64,000 nucleotides of DNA from Bacteroidales bacterium (GCA_017550525.1 JAFZOU010000011.1:42719-106718); one strand, 5' to 3'; shown: positions 15,982-26,741, numbered from the stretch's first letter. Notes: generated by a model from the letters alone, not told the origin. Numbers and translations: made by a program.

Positions 15982-18732
15982 CTACAGAACGTCCTTGAGG
16001 TACGGGCCGGTGACGGAGGCGGGGTCTGAGGCAAGCTGTTCCGGGGTGCCCTGGGCAACTATCCAGCCACCGCGACGGCCGCCTTCCGGTCCCATGTCAA
16101 AGAGGTAGTCGACACTCTTGAGCACATCCAGATTGTGCTCTATTATGATGATGGTATTTCCTGCTTCCACAAGCCTCTGGAGTACTCCAAGAAGCACTTT
16201 TATATCCTCAAAGTGAAGGCCGGTAGTGGGCTCGTCAAGAATATACAGGGTATTCCCCGTGGAAGGGCGTGAGAGCTCTGCGGCCAGTTTCATGCGCTGG
16301 CTCTCACCGCCGGAAAGGGTGATGGCGCTCTGGCCAAGGCGCACATACCCAAGGCCCACATCCATCATGGCCTTCAGTTTTGCGGCAATCTTGGGAACGG
16401 GCTTGAAGAACTCGTAGGCCTCGGAAATGGACATTTCCAGGACGTCGTTGATGTTCTTTCCCTTATACCTCACGGCCAGGGTATCCTCATTGTAGCGCCT
16501 TCCGCCGCAGGTTTCGCAAGGAACGTGCACGGACGGCAGGAAGTTCATCTCAATGACCTTGATGCCGGCGCCCTTGCATTCCTCGCATCGGCCTCCGGGG
16601 ACGTTGAAGGAGAATCGGCCGGCCTTATATCCGCGAACTTTGGCGTCCGGCGTTTCCTCAAAGAGGGTACGTATGTCATTGAACACGCCCGTGAAAGTTG
16701 CCGGATTTGAGCGGGGCGTACGGCCGATAGGGCTCTGGTCTATCTCTATGAGCTTGTCTATATTCTCTATGCCTTCGATGGACGCGTACGGAAGAGGACG
16801 CTCCTTGGAGCGGTAGAACTTCTGCTTCAGGATGGGCATGAGGGTCTCGTTCACAAGGGAACTCTTACCGGAACCGGAAAGGCCTGCAACACCAATGAGG
16901 CAACCAAGCGGGAAACTCACATCCACGCTCTTGAGGTTATTGCCCGTTGCGCCGCGGAGAGTAAGATATTTGCCGTTTCCAGGCCTCCTGGCCGCCGGAA
17001 CATCAATTCTGCGCTTCCCCCGCAGATAATCAAGCGTAAGGGACTTGCCCTTTTTCAGAAGTTCCTTCAACGGCCCGTTCAGGCATATCCTGCCGCCGTT
17101 TTCTCCGGCACCAGGGCCCACATCCACAAGCCAGTCGGCGCTCATCATGGTCTCTGCGTCGTGTTCCACAACCATCACGGAATTGCCCTCGTCCCGCAGT
17201 GCCTTCAGTGACGCTATGAGCTTACGGTTATCCTTCTGATGAAGGCCGATAGAAGGCTCGTCAAGTATATACAGCACATTCACCAGCTTGGAGCCTATCT
17301 GGGTTGCCAGGCGGATGCGCTGGCTCTCACCTCCGGAAAGGGACCCTGTGGGGCGGTCCAGCGACAGATAGTCAAGGCCCACGTCCAGCATGAACCGAAC
17401 GCGCTCACGGAGCTCCTTGAGGATGTCCCTGGACACATTCAGTTCCTTCTGGTTAAAGCCTTCCGGAATCTTTTCCAGCCATGCGGAAAGTTCAGAAATC
17501 TCCATTGCAGAGACCTCTGAAATGGTTTTTCCGTCCACCCTGAAGCACATTGCCTCCTTGTTGAGACGGGTGCCGCCGCACACGGGGCACACCACGGTGT
17601 CCTCAATATTCTCAATGACTCCGCCCCAGGTTTCCATCTCCGTGAGATTCCCCTCTCCTACGCGGAAAAGGTCCTCGGAGCCATACACAAGAAGGCTCAC
17701 TACCTCGTCAGGCAGGGTGCCGATGGGATCGTACAGGCTGAACCCGTATTTACGGGCAATGGCGCGTATTATATCGAACTTTCGGTTTTCACGGACCTTT
17801 CCCAGGGGCACTATGCCGCCATCGGCCACGCTCCTGGAGCGGTCCGGAATGATTGTGTCTATGTTCACGTCCACAATGGTCCCCAGGCCCTTGCAGTGAG
17901 GGCAGTACCCCTGCGGGGAGTTGAAGGAGAAACTATGGGGCTGCGGCTCCTGGAGGGAAAGCCCGCTCTGAGGGTCTACAAGGTGCTTGGAATAGTGGGA
18001 AATCTCTCCGCTTTCAACGTCAAGGATTGCTACGGAGCCCTTTCCAAGGCCGATAGCCTTCCCCACCGAGTCCCTCACCCGGCGGTCGTCCCCCGCCTCA
18101 GGTATAAGGCGGTCCACTACCAGTTCAATGAAGTGCGGCTTATAGCGGTCAAGGGCCATCTCCGGCACGACGTCCTGGATTTCACCGTCTATACGGACCT
18201 CCATATAACCGCGCTTTCGGAGCTGTTCAAACAGTTCACGGTAATGTCCTTTTCGGCCCCTGACAAGCGGTGCCAGAAGATAGCATTTCCGGCCCGCGAA
18301 CTTGTTCATTATGAGGTCTACAATCTGGGAATCGTTGTAGCGGACCATCTCAAGGCCGGTTTCCGGGGAAATGGCCCTGGAGCCTTTGGCATATAGTAGC
18401 CTAAGGAAGTCATAAATCTCAGTGATTGTGCCAACCGTGGAGCGGGGATTGTTCCCGGTGGTTTTCTGTTCTATGGCAATGATGGGACTGAGGCCTGTAA
18501 TTTCCTCAACCTCCGGCTTTTCCAGTATGCCCATAAAATGTTTGGCATACGTGGAGAGGGTGTCCATATAGCGGCGCTGGCCCTCTGCGTAAAGAGTATC
18601 GAAGGCCAGAGAGCTCTTGCCGCTGCCACTGAGCCCGGTAACCACCACAAACTGCCCGCGGGGGATGTCTACATCTATCCCCTGCAGGTTGTTTGCCCTT
18701 GCTCCGCGAATCTCAATGAAGTCTTTTGCCAT
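15982..18732 (-). CDS. uvrA: excinuclease ABC subunit A
   Basis: Two ABC ATPase modules (GLSGSGKSSLAFDT; GLSGSGKSSLVNET; LSGGESQRIRLA; LSGGESQRMKLA) and Zn-finger Cys pairs are present. I prefer ATG 18732 (MAKDFIEIRGAR) over the TTG at 18741. Confidence 0.95.
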   Translation of the reverse strand: MAKDFIEIRGARANNLQGIDVDIPRGQFVVVTGLSGSGKSSLAFDTLYAEGQRRYMDTLSTYAKHFMGILEKPEVEEITGLSPIIAIEQKTTGNNPRSTVGTITEIYDFLRLLYAKGSRAISPETGLEMVRYNDSQIVDLIMNKFAGRKCYLLAPLVRGRKGHYRELFEQLRKRGYMEVRIDGEIQDVVPEMALDRYKPHFIELVVDRLIPEAGDDRRVRDSVGKAIGLGKGSVAILDVESGEISHYSKHLVDPQSGLSLQEPQPHSFSFNSPQGYCPHCKGLGTIVDVNIDTIIPDRSRSVADGGIVPLGKVRENRKFDIIRAIARKYGFSLYDPIGTLPDEVVSLLVYGSEDLFRVGEGNLTEMETWGGVIENIEDTVVCPVCGGTRLNKEAMCFRVDGKTISEVSAMEISELSAWLEKIPEGFNQKELNVSRDILKELRERVRFMLDVGLDYLSLDRPTGSLSGGESQRIRLATQIGSKLVNVLYILDEPSIGLHQKDNRKLIASLKALRDEGNSVMVVEHDAETMMSADWLVDVGPGAGENGGRICLNGPLKELLKKGKSLTLDYLRGKRRIDVPAARRPGNGKYLTLRGATGNNLKSVDVSFPLGCLIGVAGLSGSGKSSLVNETLMPILKQKFYRSKERPLPYASIEGIENIDKLIEIDQSPIGRTPRSNPATFTGVFNDIRTLFEETPDAKVRGYKAGRFSFNVPGGRCEECKGAGIKVIEMNFLPSVHVPCETCGGRRYNEDTLAVRYKGKNINDVLEMSISEAYEFFKPVPKIAAKLKAMMDVGLGYVRLGQSAITLSGGESQRMKLAAELSRPSTGNTLYILDEPTTGLHFEDIKVLLGVLQRLVEAGNTIIIIEHNLDVLKSVDYLFDMGPEGGRRGGWIVAQGTPEQLASDPASVTGPYLKDVL

Positions 18733-18768
18733 AGACAGCAAAGATACTCAAAAAAACTGGTATCTCCG

Positions 18769-19218
18769 CTATCTTGCCCTTGTGCCCTTGAACCGCGTGG
18801 GGTATTCCCCAAAATTGAGGCTGAAGGAGAGGCTGCTTCCCTTCAAAGTGCCGCTAAGTGACGTGACATTGTACTTTGGATACTCTCCTCCAAGGGCCAG
18901 TGGGACGACATTGTTGCAGGAAAAGGATACTCCTTCACTCTCTTTTTCCACCGCCACGGCAGGAATAGTCACATCTATACGCACCGGCATCTTGGGAACG
19001 AACTTAATCTTATAGATTATGATATCGGCCCGCCTCCCGTCTTCTGAAGGCAGGAAGGCAACCTTGATGTCGGGATTATCCACAACCCCTCCCTCATAAT
19101 CCACGGAAACGGTCCCTATGTAGAGATCCTGGGGAGGGATTTCATGCGGCTGGGGCGTCTTGTGACAGGAAACAAGGGCCAGGACGGCTATGAAAAGTAC
19201 TGAGAGTCTGTTTTTCAT
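18769..19218 (-). CDS. small lipoprotein, possibly calycin/lipocalin-like; function unknown
   Basis: 149 aa with lipobox LALVSC and a beta-rich sequence. It is translationally coupled to the upstream TonB-dependent receptor by a 4-nt overlap. Confidence 0.5.
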   Translation of the reverse strand: MKNRLSVLFIAVLALVSCHKTPQPHEIPPQDLYIGTVSVDYEGGVVDNPDIKVAFLPSEDGRRADIIIYKIKFVPKMPVRIDVTIPAVAVEKESEGVSFSCNNVVPLALGGEYPKYNVTSLSGTLKGSSLSFSLNFGEYPTRFKGTRAR

Positions 19219-21362
19219 AATATTGATACTTGTACGCCAAGGGTGAAGACCGCAGGCTTTGAAACCTGGAAGAATTCATTTCCCATCGATTTGAAATAGA
19301 ATGTGCGGAAGCGGGTGCCGGTAAGGTTCTCGCCGCGAAGATATACTTGGAAACGCCCAAAACGGACCCTTGCATCTGCGCCCAGGGTAACGTAGAACGG
19401 CTCTTCAAGGGTATTTGCCTCATTCCAGGCAATGGGGCCGATGCCTCTGACGTGCGCCTCCACCTCAAACCTGTTTCCGGAATATCCGGCCGATACGAAG
19501 AGAGTATGAGAGGGGCTGTAGGGGATACTGTTTCCGGAGTAATCGGCCTGGCCGTCGTTGAACTCGGTGAATCTGGCGTCATTCCAGCCCCACGATGCCC
19601 TCCCCATGAAACCTGCATTCTCATAGGACGCCTGCAGCTCCACGCCGTAACTACGGCTTCGGCCTGCATTCGTCATCATCCTGCCGGTGGTCATTCCGGG
19701 AGGGAAGACGGTGATCTGCTGGTTTACGGCATTAGCGTAAAACGCAGTTGCATCGGCCCTGAAATTCTCTCCGTGATAGCCAAACCCGGCCTCGAAATTC
19801 CACAGTTCCTCCGGCTGGTACTCCGTGTTGTCCGCAACGGCAGACACCGTGGGGCGGTCAAAGTACACGCCAAGATCGGCCATAAGCCCGTTCATCATTC
19901 GGTTCTGGAGGATGTCGGAGAAAATCTGGGTGTTGAAGCCTCCCGCGCGGTAGCCTTTTGCCACGGAGGCCGATAAAAGCCACTTCCCCGAAGGCGCAAA
20001 CTGAACCGCCAGTTTGGGAAGGATCTGGAGCCCGCCGTGGAAGAGATCTCCGGTATAAGTGTCCTCGAATGGCTTTGGAGAGGCCATAAAGGGCACCATA
20101 CGGTAGTGGAGCGCCGCAAAGCAGTCATACCCCATCCAGGCACCCTCATAGTCTATTCTGAGGCCGGCCGTGAATGTCCATCGGCCTACCGGAAACACGG
20201 ATTCGTGATAGAGGGCGGCGTTCCAGGAAAGGATGGAAAAGCGGCTGTCAACGGGGAAAGATGCATCCGGAATCTCCAGATAGCCGATATCATCCGGTAT
20301 GCCGCCGTTTGCATTGTCAAGGATGAGTTTCTCTATGCCGTCACGCTTGAAAAGCACCGGAGCGTCCATTCCGCATGCCTTGAAAAAGCCAAAGAACCCC
20401 GTCACGGGCTTCCAGTGGCTGAATCTTCGCGCCGGGCGGAGGAGGGCCTCAAAAGTCTGTGCGCCGCTAAGCTGCCTCTGCTGAAGGGTGAACACAGATT
20501 GAGGGGAATAGTCCTGGTCCATCCGCATATCATCGGCAAGGATTTGGGCCGATGTCATCAGGTCAAGCACGATATTCTCTTTCCTCAGCCTTGCCTTGAA
20601 GCCTTCCAGGACGGTGATTCGCCTGTATGAGCCTTCGTCGTTGTAGTTCACGGGCTGCACCTCACCGTCCTTCCATGCACCATAGGCAAAGCCTCCCTCG
20701 GAGGAAACGCCGGCCTGGAGGAGGTTCCCAAGGGTAAGGTCATCAAAAGCCTTTTCCCAGCGCCACCTGAGCTGGCCCCCGTCATAGGGATCGCACATCT
20801 TTCCGGTGTGAGTGTTGGGAAAAAAGCCGCTGGAATGCCTGTAGGCGGCGCTGAAGGAATGATTTCCATAACCGCCGGAGACCTGCGCCAGGGCGTGATG
20901 ACGGCTGCCATATTCAAGCGCCGCACGGAGTCCCTTATGGGCCGCTGTCCTTATTGAAAGGACCCCAGCAAGGGAGTTTCTCCCGTATGCCGTTCCCTGC
21001 GGCCCATGGAGGAAGCGGATGCTTTCCACATCAAGGTAGTCAAGGTCATAGCTGTTTTTGTCAAGGACCGGGAAGTCGTCTATATAAAGGCCGATAACAG
21101 GGTTTTCCATCCTGGAACCAAGCCCTCTTACATATATGGAGGATGTGAGGGACGCCCCATAGTCCGGAAGGTGGAGTCCGGGAACGATAGCCGCAACGCC
21201 CTTAGGATTATTTATGCCATACTGGCGGAGCTCATCGGCCTTGATGCCGCTCACCATCCCCGTCACCCGCATCTCGGTCTTACCTGCCACGGCAATGGCG
21301 GGAGCAAGCGTATCTGCAGGCGATCCTGCAAGGAGCATCATAGCTATGAGGGCTGTCAGCAT
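19215..21362 (-). CDS. TonB-dependent outer-membrane receptor (non-SusC type)
   Basis: About 715 aa with an N-terminal plug-like region (VRGLGSRMENPVIGLYIDDFP) and a C-terminal beta-barrel that ends in an aromatic-rich strand. I prefer ATG 21362 over GTG 21371. Confidence 0.85.
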   Translation of the reverse strand: MLTALIAMMLLAGSPADTLAPAIAVAGKTEMRVTGMVSGIKADELRQYGINNPKGVAAIVPGLHLPDYGASLTSSIYVRGLGSRMENPVIGLYIDDFPVLDKNSYDLDYLDVESIRFLHGPQGTAYGRNSLAGVLSIRTAAHKGLRAALEYGSRHHALAQVSGGYGNHSFSAAYRHSSGFFPNTHTGKMCDPYDGGQLRWRWEKAFDDLTLGNLLQAGVSSEGGFAYGAWKDGEVQPVNYNDEGSYRRITVLEGFKARLRKENIVLDLMTSAQILADDMRMDQDYSPQSVFTLQQRQLSGAQTFEALLRPARRFSHWKPVTGFFGFFKACGMDAPVLFKRDGIEKLILDNANGGIPDDIGYLEIPDASFPVDSRFSILSWNAALYHESVFPVGRWTFTAGLRIDYEGAWMGYDCFAALHYRMVPFMASPKPFEDTYTGDLFHGGLQILPKLAVQFAPSGKWLLSASVAKGYRAGGFNTQIFSDILQNRMMNGLMADLGVYFDRPTVSAVADNTEYQPEELWNFEAGFGYHGENFRADATAFYANAVNQQITVFPPGMTTGRMMTNAGRSRSYGVELQASYENAGFMGRASWGWNDARFTEFNDGQADYSGNSIPYSPSHTLFVSAGYSGNRFEVEAHVRGIGPIAWNEANTLEEPFYVTLGADARVRFGRFQVYLRGENLTGTRFRTFYFKSMGNEFFQVSKPAVFTLGVQVSIL

Positions 21363-21456
21363 AGTGGGCACAAAGATAGCGGCTATCCGCTTTAGATTTC
21401 AGCAGATAGCCACCGTCTGTTAGGACAATTTATGCCATTAGTCCCACCTGCGGGCC

Positions 21457-23133
21457 TCAGAGAGTCTGTCCTCCGATGAATTCCCTCATGATTGAAGTGG
21501 GAGGAATGGCATCTATCTCCTGTGGCTGGAGTGCCACTATGAAGTCCAGGAACTTCAAAAGGCGGCGAGCCTCGGAGAAAGCCGGAGAAGACGGCAGGAT
21601 GCGTCTCAGGAGGGGTTCCGCATAGTAGCGGAGCATCGGGAGCTCATACAGGAGGGCGGTGTTGAACTGGGCATCGGCATTCTCCTGGAAAGGGAAGATG
21701 TTCCGGCCCTCGCCACGGCGGACTGACGGCCAGCGGAGGATGGTGTCTTCCGGGGTGATTCCGCGTACGCGATTGTCACGCACCATGCGCCTCAGAAGCC
21801 TGTTATCCGTTGTGGAGATGCAGCAGTTCTCGTCCAGTTTCAGGGACGTCAGGGCCGATGCATATATGCGGAAAATGCGGCTCTGGTCCACTGAGGGCAC
21901 CATTGCGGGATCAAGTGCATGGATGCCTTCCATCACAAGTATGTCGTTCTCCTCAAGGTGCATCATATTGCCCTCGAAGAAGGGACGTCCCTGCTTGAAA
22001 TCATAGCGGGGAATCTCAACTTCCTTGCCAGCAAGGAGGTCATTGAGGTGCCGCCCAAGGAGTTCCAGGTCCATGGCTTCAAGGGCCTCGAAGTCAAAGT
22101 TTCCGTCAGAGTCCACGGGCGTACGTTCACGCTCCACAAAGTAATTGTCCAGTTCTATCACCTTGGGATTGAGGCCCAGTACTTTGCACTGCTGGGCAAC
22201 CCTCAGCGATGAAGAAGTCTTTCCGCTGGAAGAAGGGCCTGCGATGAACACTATCTTCACATGGTCCCTCTGGGCATAAATACGGTCTGCCAACGCTCCG
22301 TAAGCCCTTTCCTGACGGGCTTCACACAGGTTTATCAGCTCCACCGCTCCGCCGCTCTGGAGGCGCCTGTTGAGGGCTCCTACGCTCACAACTCCCGTGG
22401 TCTTGCACCAATGGCCGTAATCCTTAAGGGTGGTGGTGAGTTTCATCTGCTTCTGGCGGGCGATAGTCTTTGTAATATCCTCATCGGAAGGATACATCAG
22501 GCAGAATCCATGATGGAACGGCATTAGGTCGAACACTTCCAGGTAGCTGGTGGAAGGCACCAGGGCGCCATAGAAGTTATCGGCCACCCCGTCAAGATAG
22601 TTTACCTTGCAGTAGAACTGACCCACCGTGCGTATTAGATCGGCCTTAAGTTCCTGATTCTGGGACTCGAAGAGTTCAATGGCCTCGTTTGCCGGCAGCA
22701 CCTTCATAGAGAACGGAAGGTCCTGGGCCACAAGGCGGCGCATCTCTTCGCGGAGGGCCATTATCTGCTCATCCGTTATACGCTCACCGCGAAGCTTACA
22801 GTAAAGGCCGCTGGGCAGGGAGTGGTTTATCTTGAACTTCCTGTCCGGGAAAAGGTTTCGCACAGCCCTCTGGGCCAGGAAACTCAGGGAACGTATATAC
22901 GTGCGGCGGCCGTCCGGGTGATTGAAGCCAACAAACTCTATGGAATGGGGGCTGAACACCTCATAGTCAAGGGATTTGAGCTTATGGTCACAGAGGGCGG
23001 CCAGCACCGGGTATTCCTTTCCGGTCTTGGGGTCCTTTACAGTTTTGGGGGCTATGGAGGCAAGGGGGCTCCCCACCTCCACGTTTATCTTCTCCCCGCT
23101 TGAGGCAAGCGTAATTGTAATCTGCTTCATCAT
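21457..23133 (-). CDS. uridine kinase/PRK-family nucleoside kinase fused to an N-terminal TGS-like domain
   Basis: P-loop IAGPSSSGKTSS sits in the central domain, and the architecture is typical of Bacteroidales TGS-Udk fusion proteins. The ATG at 23133 overlaps the GH97 stop (ATGA). Confidence 0.7.
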   Translation of the reverse strand: MMKQITITLASSGEKINVEVGSPLASIAPKTVKDPKTGKEYPVLAALCDHKLKSLDYEVFSPHSIEFVGFNHPDGRRTYIRSLSFLAQRAVRNLFPDRKFKINHSLPSGLYCKLRGERITDEQIMALREEMRRLVAQDLPFSMKVLPANEAIELFESQNQELKADLIRTVGQFYCKVNYLDGVADNFYGALVPSTSYLEVFDLMPFHHGFCLMYPSDEDITKTIARQKQMKLTTTLKDYGHWCKTTGVVSVGALNRRLQSGGAVELINLCEARQERAYGALADRIYAQRDHVKIVFIAGPSSSGKTSSSLRVAQQCKVLGLNPKVIELDNYFVERERTPVDSDGNFDFEALEAMDLELLGRHLNDLLAGKEVEIPRYDFKQGRPFFEGNMMHLEENDILVMEGIHALDPAMVPSVDQSRIFRIYASALTSLKLDENCCISTTDNRLLRRMVRDNRVRGITPEDTILRWPSVRRGEGRNIFPFQENADAQFNTALLYELPMLRYYAEPLLRRILPSSPAFSEARRLLKFLDFIVALQPQEIDAIPPTSIMREFIGGQTL

Positions 23134-25322
23134 TTTTCTCTTAGGCTCAGGCCGAATCCGCCGCTTCTTGCCATCCACACCTTGAGGGTGCTGTCGGCCG
23201 ACAGGAGATGGTGGCTTATTTCATATGCCTGGGGATTGGTCTCATAATCTGCGTCCGGAGCATCGGCATAAAGGGTAGCTTCATACACCACGCCTTTCTT
23301 CAGGAAGTCCAGCGGTATCTCTACCTCCTTGGCATCCTCTCCGGTGACGCCGCCAACAAACCACACATCCTTCTCCACTCCGCCGGGATGAGCGAAGTCA
23401 TATGCTCCGGAAGTGCCTTTGAGCCTGCCGGAATTTAGCGTCTTATAATTGGGATGGCGGGCCGTCACAATGTACTCTCCGGGCTCTGCCATGAGGTAGA
23501 TGCTCCTATCCCAGTCCACAGCCACGTCCTTAATGAACTGGAAGGCGTCCATGAAGCGGGAGTAGTTCTGGGGAAGGTCTGCGGCCATCTGGAGAGGGCT
23601 GTAGAAGGTTACGTAAAGGCCCAGCTGATTGCCGATGGTATGGCGCATCTTGCCGGTTTCCCCGGGAGCGGTGACGGACATATCCTGCTCGAAGATGCCG
23701 GGAGTGTAGTCCATGGGGCCGCCCTGCAGGCGTGTGAACGGGAGTATGGAGGTATGGCCGGGGTTGATGCCAGCACGGAATTCCGTTCCCATGGCGCTCT
23801 CGTTGCCAATCATATTGGGCCAGGTGCGGCAAAGGCCCGTAGGACGCACAGCCTCATGGGCATTCACCATGATGTGGTGCTTTGCTGCCTCTACAATGGC
23901 ATAGTGGTAGTGATTGATGAGAGGCTGGCTGTAGTGGTGCTCTCCGTAAGGGATGATATTACCCACGTAGCCGCTCTTCACGGCATCGTAGCCGTACTGG
24001 TTCATAAGGTTGTAGGCGGCTTCCATATGGCGCTCATAGTTCACTGTGGAAGATGAACTTTCATGGTGCATTATGAGGCGGATGCCTTTGCTGTGGGCAT
24101 ATTCATTCAGAGCCGGAAGGTCAAAATCCGGGTAAGGGGTGACAAAGTCAAAGACATAGTCCTTCTGGCAACCGAACCAGTCTTCCCATCCCTCGTTCCA
24201 GCCTTCAATAAGAAGACCGTCAAAGCCATTCTCCGCCGCAAAGTCAATGTACATGCGCACATTCTCATTGTTGGCACCATGCCGGCCGTGTGGCTTTGCA
24301 TGGGCATAATCAGTGACACCAAGCTGAACAGAGGGGAAATCGTTGGTATAAGACCAGTGCGTGCGGCCGGAAATCATCTCCCACCATACGCCCATATACT
24401 TTGTTGGATGTATCCAGGAGACGTCCTCTATGGCACACGGCTCATTGAGGTTGAGAATAAGACGGGAAGCCAGGACGTCCGTAGCCTTTTCACACACCTG
24501 TACGGTGCGCCAGGGGCTATTGCATGGAGCCTGGAGGCGGCCCTTCACGCCCTCCGCATCCGGGGTGAGAAGGGTGGAGAAAGTGAAGGTCTTGTCGTCC
24601 AGTTCAAGGTTAGTGGTGGGATAATCCAGGACCTCGGCCTCGTGGATGTTGATGTACAGTCCGTCATCCGTTTTCATTTGAAGGGCCGTCTGGACAGACA
24701 TGGCCGATGCAACCGTCTGGGAGGCGTTGTACGGACGCTCCTGGGCATTGTACCTCCTGATCTCTGACAGTTTTGAGCGGGTGTAGTTGTACTCCTGCGT
24801 GTCATAGTCTCCGGCAATCCACCAGGCGGTGTGGTTTCCGGTGAGGGCAAACTGAGTGATTTCATCGGCCACCTTGAAATAGGTGAGACTGTTCTCCATG
24901 GGGAACTCATAGCGGAAGCCTAGGCCGTCGTTGTAGAGGCGGAAGCGCACGTTCATGGCAACGCCGTCCTCCCTCTTCAACTTTACCAGCATCTCATTGC
25001 AATTGTTACGGATCTCCCTCTCCTCTCCCCAAACGGGCTCCCAGGTCTCATCAATGGTGCCGTGTCCGGAGCCGTCAAAGGTAAAGCCCTTGGTAAGGTC
25101 CATTCCACCTATGAGTTTGTAGCCAAGTTTTGAAGGCTTGATCACATCCTTTCCGTCAAAGGAAAGGGTATAGGCGGGGCTCCCGTCAGGATAAATGAGG
25201 AACTGAGCCTCAAGCCTTCCGTCAGGACTCTGGATGACATCGGCCTTATTGGGGGCGGGCGCCGTACATGATGCCATGATAACGGCACCGGCCAGCAGGA
25301 TTATGGCATTTAATTTTCTCAT
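23130..25322 (-). CDS. glycoside hydrolase family 97 alpha-glucosidase (SusB-like)
   Basis: 730 aa with lipoprotein signal IMASC. The N-terminus VIQSPDGRLEAQF...SFDGKDVIKPSKLG and its length are typical of GH97. Confidence 0.85.
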   Translation of the reverse strand: MRKLNAIILLAGAVIMASCTAPAPNKADVIQSPDGRLEAQFLIYPDGSPAYTLSFDGKDVIKPSKLGYKLIGGMDLTKGFTFDGSGHGTIDETWEPVWGEEREIRNNCNEMLVKLKREDGVAMNVRFRLYNDGLGFRYEFPMENSLTYFKVADEITQFALTGNHTAWWIAGDYDTQEYNYTRSKLSEIRRYNAQERPYNASQTVASAMSVQTALQMKTDDGLYINIHEAEVLDYPTTNLELDDKTFTFSTLLTPDAEGVKGRLQAPCNSPWRTVQVCEKATDVLASRLILNLNEPCAIEDVSWIHPTKYMGVWWEMISGRTHWSYTNDFPSVQLGVTDYAHAKPHGRHGANNENVRMYIDFAAENGFDGLLIEGWNEGWEDWFGCQKDYVFDFVTPYPDFDLPALNEYAHSKGIRLIMHHESSSSTVNYERHMEAAYNLMNQYGYDAVKSGYVGNIIPYGEHHYSQPLINHYHYAIVEAAKHHIMVNAHEAVRPTGLCRTWPNMIGNESAMGTEFRAGINPGHTSILPFTRLQGGPMDYTPGIFEQDMSVTAPGETGKMRHTIGNQLGLYVTFYSPLQMAADLPQNYSRFMDAFQFIKDVAVDWDRSIYLMAEPGEYIVTARHPNYKTLNSGRLKGTSGAYDFAHPGGVEKDVWFVGGVTGEDAKEVEIPLDFLKKGVVYEATLYADAPDADYETNPQAYEISHHLLSADSTLKVWMARSGGFGLSLREK

Positions 25323-25328
25323 TACTGC

Positions 25329-26741
25329 CTATTTGGTGAGAACGATATACTCTCCCGGGGCAAGGGTTATGTCGTACGGGGTCTTGATAACGTTACCGGT
25401 GAACACGTCCTTGTATTCTCCCTTCAGATTGAGAGTCATAGTGATAGGAGCGGCCTCGAGGTTCTTGAAAGGCTCCGCCACAACATCTCCCTGAGGACGG
25501 TTGTCGTTGGCATCGGCCTTGGCCTCGGGAGCCTCTGCGGGCACGGGAACGCCGAAGTTGGCAATCACAATCACCATATTACCCTTCACTTCCCTGTGGA
25601 AGGCCACCCAGCCTTCAGGGGCATCCCACCATACGATGTCTCCGCCTTTCTCACCGGCCTTCAGGGCAGGATTGTTATGCTTTAGGTCGCAGAGAGTCTT
25701 CCAGAAGGTGGTGTACTCGTTGGCGCTCCAGTCCGTGATGGGATCTTTCTCAAAGAATTCCAGACGGCGGGAAAGGCCGATCTCCTGGCCGGTATAGATG
25801 AGCGGCTGGCTACCCGGAAGGGTGAAGCAGAGCACGGCGCAGGCATTAGCAGCAGCGCCCTCGCGCTCGAACTCGGTGCCGCTCCAGGAGTTTTCATCGT
25901 GGTTGGAGGTGAAGGTGAGGCGGAAGGCCTCCTTGGGGAAGCGGGCTGCGTCACGGGCAACATACTCCTTGAGGTCATCCACGGTCTTGGCACCCTTTGC
26001 AAGGGAGTTCAGCAGGTGGTGGAGTTCCCAGGCATAGTTTGCATCAAAGGTTACAAGGGGATCGGCCAGATTGTCCCTCTCCGCCTCGGCAAGGAGGTAG
26101 ATGTCGGGGTAATCCTTATTCATCTTGGGGAGGATTCCGTACCAGAATTCTGCGGGAACCTCGCCGGCGGCATCGCAGCGGAAGCCGTCCACGCCCTTTT
26201 CAAGCCAGAAACGCATTGCGTCGTCCTGGGCCCACCAGACTTCCTCGTTCTCATAATTGAGGCTGCGGGTATCGGTCCAGTCATACTCCCAGATGGCGTT
26301 GCCTTCGGCGTCCCTCTCATAGAAATCGGCAGGCTTCTCCGTCATCCAGATGTGATCCGGGGCGGTTTGGTTGGCAACCCAGTCGAGGATTACCTTCAGG
26401 CCAAGTTCATGGGCGTTTGCAAGGAAGGCTTCAAAGTCCTCCATGGTGCCGAATTCCGGATTCACCTTCTTGTAGTCTGAGATAGCATAGTATGAGCCAA
26501 GGGTGCCCTTGCGGCCCTCCGTGCCAATTTCAAACATGGGCATGAGCCATACTACATCTACGCCAAGTTCCTTTAGACGGGGAAGCTGGGCGGCGGCCGC
26601 CGCAAAGGTTCCCTCCGGAGAGTACTGGCGGATGTTCATTTCATAGACAACGGAATCATAGGTCCATTCGGGGTGATACTGAACCTTGGGGGCGCAGGCT
26701 GCAAGTGCAAGCGCTGCAAAAGCGATGATAAACTTTTTCAT
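25329..26741 (-). CDS. GH13 alpha-amylase-family glycosidase (periplasmic/lipoprotein)
   Basis: GH13 conserved regions are present: VILDWVANQT, GVDGFRCDAAGEV, YLLAEAE and FTSNHDEN. Confidence 0.85.
   Translation of the reverse strand: MKKFIIAFAALALAACAPKVQYHPEWTYDSVVYEMNIRQYSPEGTFAAAAAQLPRLKELGVDVVWLMPMFEIGTEGRKGTLGSYYAISDYKKVNPEFGTMEDFEAFLANAHELGLKVILDWVANQTAPDHIWMTEKPADFYERDAEGNAIWEYDWTDTRSLNYENEEVWWAQDDAMRFWLEKGVDGFRCDAAGEVPAEFWYGILPKMNKDYPDIYLLAEAERDNLADPLVTFDANYAWELHHLLNSLAKGAKTVDDLKEYVARDAARFPKEAFRLTFTSNHDENSWSGTEFEREGAAANACAVLCFTLPGSQPLIYTGQEIGLSRRLEFFEKDPITDWSANEYTTFWKTLCDLKHNNPALKAGEKGGDIVWWDAPEGWVAFHREVKGNMVIVIANFGVPVPAEAPEAKADANDNRPQGDVVAEPFKNLEAAPITMTLNLKGEYKDVFTGNVIKTPYDITLAPGEYIVLTK

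Noticed and set aside
21372-21456. Riboswitch upstream of the TonB-dependent receptor
   Set aside because: Only about 85-95 nt are available, and a -7 promoter box sits within 10 nt of the start codon. I saw no conserved TPP, cobalamin or other riboswitch core sequence.
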